A stretch of DNA of 64,000 nt from a virus, in the IMG/VR virus record IMGVR_UViG_3300025168_000067, positions 1 through 64,000 of that record, one strand, 5' to 3'. The first letter of the stretch is position 1. The number at the start of each line of letters is the position of its first letter. The notes beneath the pieces are model-generated. The model made no database searches and was not told where the DNA came from. It saw nothing but the letters and a program-made list of their open reading frames with translations. Below, piece after piece: positions 56,090-64,000 of the stretch. The position numbers and the translations under genes are program-made.

Positions 56090-56847
56090 CAACCATATAT
56101 TTATTTGACGTTGATGGCACGCTAACACCCGCCAAAACCCGCATCGACTTCAATTTCGCCAATGACTTTCGCGACTGGATCGAAGGTAAAGAAGTTTATA
56201 TTGTGTCTGGGGGCTCATACGAGCGCATCATTGACCAGCTTGGCGTTTCTATAGTCGATAAGATGGCAGGGGTGTTCGCTTGTATGGGTAATACGTTCTA
56301 CCAAAAATATAACAGTGGCAACACTGGCCAATATAGTGAATGGAAACTAATATATGAGAATAAATTTAAGGCGCCCCGGGGCTTTTATAAACAATTAGAC
56401 AGTATTGTGAAAGAATCTCCCTACGAAAGCAAGACTCGTCGCCATTACGAAGAGCGCATTGGTATGGTAAATTTCTCTATTGTCGGCAGAGACGCTAGCC
56501 CCCCGCAACGGAGAGCATATTCTGACTATGATGCGATGGAAAAGGAGCGAGAGCAGATAGTTAAAGCTCTCTCCAAGAAATACAAGAGCTTAGACTTTGT
56601 GATCGGAGGGGCTGTAAGCATAGATATCTTTAATAAGGGCAATGATAAATCACAGGTTATTGAGAAGTTTTTTAAAGACTCCTTAAAAACCCACAAGATA
56701 GCGTTTGTGGGCGATAAGATACCGCGCCCGGGCAACGACCATGCGATAGCAGAGAAACTCCGCAAGCACCCAAATGGGGGGGCTTATGAGGTAGGTTCCT
56801 GGCAAGACACTGCCAAACTACTTAAGACTCCACCATTTACTAGTTGA
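56086..56847 (+). CDS. HAD-IIB phosphomannomutase-like protein (eukaryotic PMM type)
   Basis: LFDVDGTLT, SGGS, ER.GMVNFSIVGR, GGAVSIDIF..G.DK, GDK..PGND. Confidence 0.85.
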   Translation: MTTIYLFDVDGTLTPAKTRIDFNFANDFRDWIEGKEVYIVSGGSYERIIDQLGVSIVDKMAGVFACMGNTFYQKYNSGNTGQYSEWKLIYENKFKAPRGFYKQLDSIVKESPYESKTRRHYEERIGMVNFSIVGRDASPPQRRAYSDYDAMEKEREQIVKALSKKYKSLDFVIGGAVSIDIFNKGNDKSQVIEKFFKDSLKTHKIAFVGDKIPRPGNDHAIAEKLRKHPNGGAYEVGSWQDTAKLLKTPPFTS

Positions 56848-56899
56848 TAGTAGAAATAACAACTATTTATAGTGTATTGATACACTAAGAGGAAAAATA

Positions 56900-59800
56900 A
56901 TGGACTTTTCTACAGGCAATTGGTTCGGCTATCTTCGAGAAGAAGTTTTAACAGAGGGGTTGAGAGACATCGGCTTGTCCGAGGTCATCGTTGATTTCAT
57001 CGAGGACGGCATGCCAAATGCTCCCGAGAAGTCAAAGATGTACGCAGGCAATAACTGGAAAGAACACAAGTTGGGCAACCCCGGCTACATCGACAGCACT
57101 CAACAGAACTGGCTGAGTTTTATGGAGCGTAACTTTGAAGATCAGATACAGCTTCCACGCGCAACCCACAATCCAGTCCAAGCACGCACGATTACTCCCT
57201 TCTCCATAAGCGATGCCGGCTCGGACGGCAACGTCCGCGTCCGCGATTTCAGCCGGAAGCGCGTAGCATACGACGACGAAACCATCGAGCAAAACAAGAA
57301 GATCGCATTCGTCGCAGACAATATAAAGCAAGCGTGGGCAAAGCCCGCCGGCACTTGGCGCAAGACATTTATGAAAGCAGTGAAGGCACTGAGCAAAGCA
57401 GGTGTGCCTTCCGAGAAAGTTGAGGTTGTGAAAGAATATATCAATGAGCAGATGCTGTCTCAGTGGAAAACATACTGGGGCAGATATAACGAGTTATTCT
57501 CTTGGCTCAACGACGAACCAACGAACTACGAAATGATCAAGGGTGATGATATTGACAACGCCTACCAAACTGCAGTGGATGACTTGGAGAACCGAGAAGA
57601 TCCAGACAACATACTCCACACATTTGAGGACGGCTCGTACTGGTATAACTTGAATGTGTCTAACTGCGCCGTAGAGGGCGAGCGTATGGGACACTGTGGC
57701 GGTGACACTCGCGGTGTTCTAGTCTCACTCCGCAAACGCCAAAGCAAGCGCAAAGCATCCTCATCTTATATTACGATGACCTGGGGTGACGAGACCCTTT
57801 ATCAGATCAAGGGACGCTCCAACGACGCACCCCCCGAAGAAATGTGGGATCACATCGACTGGTTTATTAAGAACGTGGGTATTACCTCAGTTCAAGAAAG
57901 CGGCGAGCACTCCAGCGATTATGATGGCTTCCGAGAGATGAATGATTATCTATCCACCCGAAACCGTCACGTCTTCTTTGCCGGTCAGATTGATGAAGCT
58001 GCCATCCAAGAAGCAGTAGAAGAGGCTGTCAATGACTACGAGGCCGAAAACTCATCGATCTCCGGTGAAGTCCAAGGGCCAGACGAACACGGCGGCGAGG
58101 GAGTATATGTCTATATGACGGCCGATTGTGAGATACAGATCGACCTAGGCTGGAAAGGGTTTGAACTCAGGAACAACGAATTCACCCCTACGATTGCTCC
58201 CAACGACACCACACGAGACACGCGCTTTGAAACGATCCCGGATAACAATTGGGGAACCTCAGCGAGAAACTTTACCAGCGAAATAGACTTAGAGGAGCTT
58301 GGCTACGATTTACCCGGCGAAGGCGAGGTTGAATGGAATATCAGAATGCTGACTGGCGCCCAACCAGAGGGCGAAGACATAGATCCAGACTATCCAGCGA
58401 CCGCGCACCTTGAAATTTCGATACGTACCATGGAGCAGGAGTCCGCCGACGATGAAGACGATGCTGCCCGAAACATGCGATACTTTGGCGAGTCGGTTAT
58501 AGAAAACTTCGAGGATAACTACGAAGAGCTTCGCGAGAAGGTGCGATCCCAACTAGCAGAAGGCGGCTATGCAGTCAAAACTCCATATGATCGCGAACGA
58601 ACGGGTATGACCGAGCTGGATCTTGACAACTGGAAGATCTGGTCAGATGGTCCGAGACTAGAGTTTTGGTTCAGGCGTGGTCAGAGAGATGACAATGCTG
58701 TGTTAAACTCTGGCGGAGATATCGGCAGTGTCTCAAACATGATCAAGATGTGGGGTTTTGATGAAAACAGGGAAGGACACATGGATGGAATATACCGCAA
58801 GATGTTTGGGTCACCTTCTGTTGGCCGGCCCTTGCGTGTAGAGAACGATGATCTGAGCCGCAACATGGCAAGAAACTTAGAGAAACTTTACGCCGCAGCA
58901 GAAGGGGAGGCCACAGGACAGCAGCCGCTAGCCCTCGGCGCCAAATATGAAGCTCCTGCCGCTAGTATTGTATTGGCGAAAGACTCACGCTTTATCATCA
59001 TGCCAGAGACAACATTAAAGAGGGATCAGTACCCCTCCATGTTGCTCAATTGGAAGTATGAGATTGGGGTGGGCAGCAAGTCGTCGCCCGAAGAAGTTGA
59101 AGTTGTTAAAGACATTGTGCATTATTTTAACGCACGTCCCGACATGGTGGAGGAAGCTGCAAAGGAAACAATCCGCACATCCATACAGGGATTAGAAGCG
59201 CTTGCAGATGCCACCAAGAACGATGTAATGTCGGGCAAGTGGCCCCAGAGCGCCATCCAACATATTGACAGCCGGTACGGAGCCGCGGCCATGTCAGGCT
59301 CCGACACCAATGCTGAGCGTATTATAATGATCACTACGTGGATCAAGGAAAACTTTGATCAGATGGGTGAAGTTGAGAGGTGGGTTGCTTGGTTCAGGTT
59401 TTTGAAGCCACTGAAAGAGGGATATTTTAACATAGCTCGCGGCGGAGATATCGAGATGGACGACGATGCCAACATTGGCCGGCCCGAGAATTGGAGCAGA
59501 AAAGTCAAAGAACAGATGACGCGTTTAGGAACCTACGGCGGCACCGTGAGGAACTATGCCGGCGTTTCGATCCAAGAGAATATAGAAGATCAGATTGAGA
59601 GAATTGAAAGACTTTTGCAGGAGAAGGATACAAATTATGATCTCCGCATTTATAGTATAGTGATGGATGTTTCAGTATCAAAAGATGTTGGTGGAGAGGT
59701 CCAGGAGACACAGACAGAGATCCGTGGTATCAATGGTGTGACTACCGTACGAACGTTGGGTAACTTAACACCAACAGGGGTGACGCACACAGGTAAGTTC

Positions 59801-60409
59801 GAGATCAAGTTTGAGATCTTGGGAGGTATGAGTCGCGTGAAATATAGGGATCGAGTTCTTATCCCCGGAATGGCACGAATCAATGGCTTAAAGATTTTGA
59901 GAGTCTCGCCAATACACAGAACTAACAAGCGTGGCACCATCAGAACAGTGCGCGAGGCGATGGAAAATGCCATTAACGAGGCAGGGTTTGGAGGTATGGC
60001 TGGTGCGATGAGTTCGGTGCGCACACAGAATACGCGCACGATGCCCACACCCCGCGGGACATTGGATGATATAATGGCTGACTGGCGGGATGGCGGCGTG
60101 ATGACATATGACGCACCGATGGACACAACAGACATGCGGTATCATGTGATGATGCCAGTGGAGGAGATGTGGGAAATCATATGCCGGTCACAAACAAAAG
60201 GCTCTGGCCCAATGTTTAGAGCGCCCAAAGATGGTTTCGATGGAATGTATCAGAACTTTATTAGAAATGGCGCCACCGCTCCTGTGTATATAGCAATCGG
60301 CAAGAACGGCAAAATAAAAGTAACAGGCAACGAAGACTTGATTTGGTATGCCAAAGAAAGCGGCTTAGAAGAATTACCAGTGTTTCTCTCGTATCAAAGT
60401 CAAGTATAA
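56900..60409 (+). CDS. Large multidomain putative head-packaged protein (PcfJ-like domain; C-terminal ParB/Srx-like domain)
   Basis: EGERMGHC..SLR..QIKGRSN; late motif at 56862; LREE/LTEG at the N-terminus. Confidence 0.55.
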   Translation: MDFSTGNWFGYLREEVLTEGLRDIGLSEVIVDFIEDGMPNAPEKSKMYAGNNWKEHKLGNPGYIDSTQQNWLSFMERNFEDQIQLPRATHNPVQARTITPFSISDAGSDGNVRVRDFSRKRVAYDDETIEQNKKIAFVADNIKQAWAKPAGTWRKTFMKAVKALSKAGVPSEKVEVVKEYINEQMLSQWKTYWGRYNELFSWLNDEPTNYEMIKGDDIDNAYQTAVDDLENREDPDNILHTFEDGSYWYNLNVSNCAVEGERMGHCGGDTRGVLVSLRKRQSKRKASSSYITMTWGDETLYQIKGRSNDAPPEEMWDHIDWFIKNVGITSVQESGEHSSDYDGFREMNDYLSTRNRHVFFAGQIDEAAIQEAVEEAVNDYEAENSSISGEVQGPDEHGGEGVYVYMTADCEIQIDLGWKGFELRNNEFTPTIAPNDTTRDTRFETIPDNNWGTSARNFTSEIDLEELGYDLPGEGEVEWNIRMLTGAQPEGEDIDPDYPATAHLEISIRTMEQESADDEDDAARNMRYFGESVIENFEDNYEELREKVRSQLAEGGYAVKTPYDRERTGMTELDLDNWKIWSDGPRLEFWFRRGQRDDNAVLNSGGDIGSVSNMIKMWGFDENREGHMDGIYRKMFGSPSVGRPLRVENDDLSRNMARNLEKLYAAAEGEATGQQPLALGAKYEAPAASIVLAKDSRFIIMPETTLKRDQYPSMLLNWKYEIGVGSKSSPEEVEVVKDIVHYFNARPDMVEEAAKETIRTSIQGLEALADATKNDVMSGKWPQSAIQHIDSRYGAAAMSGSDTNAERIIMITTWIKENFDQMGEVERWVAWFRFLKPLKEGYFNIARGGDIEMDDDANIGRPENWSRKVKEQMTRLGTYGGTVRNYAGVSIQENIEDQIERIERLLQEKDTNYDLRIYSIVMDVSVSKDVGGEVQETQTEIRGINGVTTVRTLGNLTPTGVTHTGKFEIKFEILGGMSRVKYRDRVLIPGMARINGLKILRVSPIHRTNKRGTIRTVREAMENAINEAGFGGMAGAMSSVRTQNTRTMPTPRGTLDDIMADWRDGGVMTYDAPMDTTDMRYHVMMPVEEMWEIICRSQTKGSGPMFRAPKDGFDGMYQNFIRNGATAPVYIAIGKNGKIKVTGNEDLIWYAKESGLEELPVFLSYQSQV

Positions 60410-60435
60410 CACAGTATCGTCATACTTATTATAGT

Positions 60436-61206
60436 ATGAATAGGTTTTTAAAATGGGTAAAAGTGCTATTTTGGGCCGGCTTAGGTGCCATGGCGACCCT
60501 CTCAATAATAACAGCCATCGCCTACGAACAATATCATTTTCCAACACAAACAGAAATACAAGATCCAACAAATATAAGCACAGAATATTCAGGAGATTAC
60601 CAGAGAACCATACTCAAGTCAAGGATGAGTTCGGTTTTAATAGTATCGGGAGATTTCTTATCAGGAATGACTGCGACTCAGTCCGCTACTTATTTTGTCG
60701 CTAACGACACTCCATATATAATAACGACAGCCCATGGCATTCTTGGCCCGTGCTTTCTAGTAGCTGTATCCCACGAAGAAGAGACAATAGGATGCACCGA
60801 CTATATGATAATTGATAGAGAAGCAGATTACGCGATTATAAAGATAGAAGATAAATTTTTTAATAGGACACCAATAAGAATACCGGAAGACTTACCTTTA
60901 GGAAAAGAATGGAAGAAATCGTACTCGATTTTAAGCAAAATAATATATACAGGATATCCAAATATGGTTGGCCCTTTAACTTTAAAGGGAGATGTGGTAG
61001 GATATACTGGTGGAGAATTGGTTTATATCTTCTCACATGCATACAGTGGCTCATCGGGGTCCGGCGTATTTTCAACAGATGGAAAGTATATAGGAATGAT
61101 AATGGCGATAGATGTGGGCCAAAATGAGCTTGGTGTCGATGTTTTAGAGAATATTGTTATTGTAACTCCTTCCTTTAAAATAGACTGGGCCGTAGTTTTA
61201 GACTAA
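60436..61206 (+). CDS. Membrane-anchored trypsin-like serine protease
   Basis: Catalytic triad motifs TAHG, DYAI, GSSGS; N-terminal TM segment. Confidence 0.85.
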   Translation: MNRFLKWVKVLFWAGLGAMATLSIITAIAYEQYHFPTQTEIQDPTNISTEYSGDYQRTILKSRMSSVLIVSGDFLSGMTATQSATYFVANDTPYIITTAHGILGPCFLVAVSHEEETIGCTDYMIIDREADYAIIKIEDKFFNRTPIRIPEDLPLGKEWKKSYSILSKIIYTGYPNMVGPLTLKGDVVGYTGGELVYIFSHAYSGSSGSGVFSTDGKYIGMIMAIDVGQNELGVDVLENIVIVTPSFKIDWAVVLD

Positions 61207-61228
61207 TTACAGGAACGAGGAACAATCA

Positions 61229-61432
61229 ATGGAAGAAAAGAAAAGCAAGCAGTGTCTCACTGCGATGCTAAAAAAGTTTAGCTCACTCGACAATCAGATT
61301 TCACGTATTAAAGATCAGTTAGACGAACTTAGAAAACTTATGATCGATGGAGAACCCATCGGTGAAACCAAAGAGGATATATGTTTAGTAACAGAAGCAA
61401 CATTATTAACACCAACCAAGGAAGACACGTAA
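61229..61432 (+). CDS. Small coiled-coil hypothetical protein
   Basis: RBS GAGGA. Confidence 0.6.
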   Translation: MEEKKSKQCLTAMLKKFSSLDNQISRIKDQLDELRKLMIDGEPIGETKEDICLVTEATLLTPTKEDT

Positions 61433-61791
61433 TGTCAGATGATAATGTAATAGGGTTAGAGATTTCTCCCATAGAGGGGCCAATGTCGATCGAGCCAGAA
61501 GACCTGAAGCCTAAGAAGCCCAGCAACAGAGCACCAGAGGGCATTAGAACTTTCACTGTATGTCGTCAAAGTGACGAGACTGGCATCTCAGGCGAGGGCG
61601 TAGTCATTGAGGGTGCTACCTTCGCAACAGGACACACAGTAATACACTGGCTTACACCAGCCCCCCGCGGCAGTATTGCGTTCTTTGATGCGTTTGACGA
61701 CTTCTTAAAAATTCATATTAAGCCTCATCCAACAAATAGAACTATTATTACATTTGAAGATGGCGAACAAGCCACTTACGACGGAGGATAA
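61432..61791 (+). CDS. Phage hypothetical protein
   Basis: R..DETGISGEGVVIEG..F..G..VIHW pattern; coupled start. Confidence 0.65.
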   Translation: MSDDNVIGLEISPIEGPMSIEPEDLKPKKPSNRAPEGIRTFTVCRQSDETGISGEGVVIEGATFATGHTVIHWLTPAPRGSIAFFDAFDDFLKIHIKPHPTNRTIITFEDGEQATYDGG

Positions 61792-61849
61792 TGGCAGAGT
61801 ATATTGCACCTCCGTGATTCGTATAAAGATTTAGGAACTATTTACTATT

Positions 61850-62767
61850 ATGAATGGAATGAGTTGGAAAGATTTTGTTGATAGCCTTCACGAAGTTGAA
61901 GCATATCAACAGAAGGTGAAGAGGGCACCCCGTGATAAGCTCACCAAACGAGGCCCACAACGCAAAGGGGGCGCCCCGTTTGATGAGGAGCCCAATCCTA
62001 TCAATAAGTCGGCAGCGCCGGCCCAGGGTAACGTGGGCCTTGAAGAAGAAGTTGAACCGGAGTCATTCGATTCACACGACACTCTTGCAACAGGTATTTG
62101 GATAGATGGCGACCGAGTTGCACCCAAGGTGGTGGCCCGCCTAAATAAAATAGCACAAGATTTCATAGACAGTCTTCCGGTTGAAATAGATATAGAAGAC
62201 ATTAGACTGACGGGCTCTCTCGCAAACTATAATTGGTCGAACTACTCCGATGTAGATCTTCACATCATTGTCGATTTTCTTGGTATTGACGAGAACAAAG
62301 TACTTGTTAAAGCGTTCTTTGATAATGCGAGAATGCGATGGAACAACAGACACCAGATCAGAATGAAGGGCTATGATGTTGAAATATATGTGGAAGATTC
62401 AAGAGAACAACACGTATCGTCAGGTGTGTATTCTTTGATGAACGGTGAGTGGGTAACAAAACCACGCAAATATCGCAAGAGCATTGATTTTCCTGCCGCG
62501 CGCCGCAAAGCAGCCGACTTGGAATTCCAAATAAACATTATCGACAACCTCATCACTGCAAAAAAATTAAAGAGCGCCCTGAAGAATGTTGAACGAGTTA
62601 AAAGAAAGATAAAGAACATGCGTCATGCTGGCTTGGAGAGTACACACAAAGAGTTTTCAATTGAAAATATTGCCTTTAAAATCTTGCGAAGAAATGGTAT
62701 GTTAGGTGTGCTCGATGAATTTAAACATAAAATATATGATGACATGATGACGGTCAAAGAGGAATAG
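61850..62767 (+). CDS. Pol-beta superfamily nucleotidyltransferase, putatively virion-packaged
   Basis: LTGSLANYNWS.YSDVDLH..VEIY; late motif at 61837. Confidence 0.8.
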   Translation: MNGMSWKDFVDSLHEVEAYQQKVKRAPRDKLTKRGPQRKGGAPFDEEPNPINKSAAPAQGNVGLEEEVEPESFDSHDTLATGIWIDGDRVAPKVVARLNKIAQDFIDSLPVEIDIEDIRLTGSLANYNWSNYSDVDLHIIVDFLGIDENKVLVKAFFDNARMRWNNRHQIRMKGYDVEIYVEDSREQHVSSGVYSLMNGEWVTKPRKYRKSIDFPAARRKAADLEFQINIIDNLITAKKLKSALKNVERVKRKIKNMRHAGLESTHKEFSIENIAFKILRRNGMLGVLDEFKHKIYDDMMTVKEE

Positions 62768-63013
62768 ATGAAGTTCTGTGACATTGATAAAGATGCAAAG
62801 GTATTCCCTGGTGAATATATCTTATATGAACCGAAGAACCAGATTGTTTTATGCGGCGCATTTAATAGAAAAGAAAACTTTATTCGTGTTCTCCACAATG
62901 GGCGCCTTTTGCAAGATAAAATAGAAAACTTTAAAAAAATAGAGCTTTCCAAGAAGGAGAGAAAACAAAAAACGGGCGGCTGTAAGAAGTGTGGCAAAAG
63001 CAATGTCCTATAA
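62768..63013 (+). CDS. Small hypothetical protein with C-terminal CxxC
   Basis: GGCKKCGK. Confidence 0.6.
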   Translation: MKFCDIDKDAKVFPGEYILYEPKNQIVLCGAFNRKENFIRVLHNGRLLQDKIENFKKIELSKKERKQKTGGCKKCGKSNVL

Positions 63014-63281
63014 ATCGAAGTTGAATAGTGGATATGTTAGCGTCGGGCCGTTTTTAGAAGCTGAAAAAGCAGTATCGGAGTTTATAGAAAACATGTACTT
63101 TACAGTTCTTATGAATGAATCAATGAAAGAGCGAAAACAGATTCAGAAAATCTATGATGCGGCCATCAGAGAAAATGATCACGAAGCAGAGAGTGTCGCC
63201 AAAAAACAATTACAGGCCGCCGATAATATGCTGGCCTTGGCCTTGACCAGCATAGAGTACGATGAAGCTTCAGAAGTATGA
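62991..63281 (+). CDS. Hypothetical protein
   Basis: ORF in a coupled run of genes. Confidence 0.55.
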   Translation: MAKAMSYKSKLNSGYVSVGPFLEAEKAVSEFIENMYFTVLMNESMKERKQIQKIYDAAIRENDHEAESVAKKQLQAADNMLALALTSIEYDEASEV

Positions 63282-63541
63282 CAAACATTTATGCGTACTG
63301 TCTGTTCGGTCAAAACGAGATGTTTTGTGGTGTCTATTCATCACTTAGGGCCGCACATCGTGATGCTTTGAAGCTGTGCAATAAAGGAAGCTCGGAGGTT
63401 TTTCTAAAATCGGATGAAGAGTATCTAAAGCCTTCATTGAAAACAATTAAAAAAATGTTTAAAGGTGAATTCGATACAAAAGTACAATACATTTCGTCAT
63501 CGACCTCAGCCACCATTATAAAGACTAGGTTAAAAGAATGA
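63278..63541 (+). CDS. Hypothetical protein
   Basis: ATGA-coupled ORF. Confidence 0.6.
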   Translation: MTNIYAYCLFGQNEMFCGVYSSLRAAHRDALKLCNKGSSEVFLKSDEEYLKPSLKTIKKMFKGEFDTKVQYISSSTSATIIKTRLKE

Positions 63542-63798
63542 AAGAAGTTTATATTGTATATGGCATCACAGATTGTCCTGCATGCCTCCGTGCATGCGCA
63601 CTGCTTATGGAAAACGATCACGAGTACACGTTTGTGAATACCGATTTCTCTACTTCTTACCGCGCTCACGTAAAAAAGACGTTCCGTTGGAAAACGATGC
63701 CGGTGATTGTTGTATGGAGCGGCATAGATCAACAACTGGTTGGGGGTTATGATGACCTTGTGTATGCCTTGGAAAAAGAGCCCAAGGCCGGCTCCTGA
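63538..63798 (+). CDS. Glutaredoxin-like protein
   Basis: CPAC, TMPVI, VGGYDDL. Confidence 0.88.
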   Translation: MKEVYIVYGITDCPACLRACALLMENDHEYTFVNTDFSTSYRAHVKKTFRWKTMPVIVVWSGIDQQLVGGYDDLVYALEKEPKAGS

Positions 63799-63853
63799 GC
63801 GCCGTAAAAGACACAGTTTGTGTTAAATAAAAACCACAACAATAGTTAGTTAT

Positions 63854-64000
63854 GTGGAACTTAAACGCGGCGATTTGATACGGTGGGTGGTGGATCATGA
63901 GATCTATGAGGCATCGGGCGACGTTTTGGTTGGTATTTGTCCTAATTATAGACATGGAATCATCATGGAGGTTTCACATAAAGATCCAAATGCAATAATG
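63854..64000 (+). CDS. 3'-truncated small protein (KRGDLI, SH3/KOW-like)
   Basis: GTG start; frame ELKRGDLIRWVVD... is open to the window end. Confidence 0.5.
   Translation, partial: MELKRGDLIRWVVDHEIYEASGDVLVGICPNYRHGIIMEVSHKDPNAIM

Larger units (their letters stand above)
1..64000 (+). mobile_element. Segment of a large T4-like (myovirus) bacteriophage genome
   Basis: Contains gp23-like capsid, neck, sheath, tube and baseplate genes plus phage-type replication genes. Coding is dense and single-stranded, with no host housekeeping operons and no integrase. Confidence 0.97.

Noticed and set aside
1096-63955. Minus-strand and nested alternative-frame ORFs in the ORF track
   Set aside because: They shadow well-supported + strand genes and lack recognisable motifs or RBSs.
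1-64000. Stop-codon reassignment (TAG/TGA) as in some huge phages
   Set aside because: Conserved genes are full length in the standard code, and both TAG and TGA end genes directly before the next start.

Overview
This window is a 64-kb segment of a large (jumbo/huge) T4-like myovirus genome. Essentially every gene is on the + strand and uses the standard genetic code. Positions 1-24.6 kb hold the virion module: end of a repeat-rich fibre gene, scaffold, gp23-type major capsid, neck, two full-length tail sheath paralogues flanking one tail tube, a gp26/gp51-like pair joined by a probable frameshift site, tape measure and baseplate. Positions 24.6-64 kb hold replication, nucleotide metabolism and proteostasis genes: a minimal PolA-family polymerase, a divergent tubulin/FtsZ homologue, gp32-like SSB, RecA/UvsX, 5'-3' exonuclease, DnaB-like helicase, class II RNR, DnaE, dUTPase, IMPDH/GMPR, GroES, GroEL, a J-domain protein, two ClpP, an endolysin, and a Type II R-M-like cassette. 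Two promoter classes are readable by eye: near-consensus sigma70 promoters, and a CTAYTTAH motif before structural genes and several scattered putative head-packaged proteins. The most notable observations are: a twice-repeated, covarying H-type RNA pseudoknot downstream of the SSB gene; an [S/T]-[G/A/S]-S tripeptide enriched in outer virion proteins (candidate modification sequon, with sugar-phosphate enzymes in the same window); a dispersed set of predicted capsid-packaged cargo enzymes; strong GCCGGC over-representation; and several catalytically degenerate enzyme homologues. All calls come from motif recognition by eye; no database searches were run.
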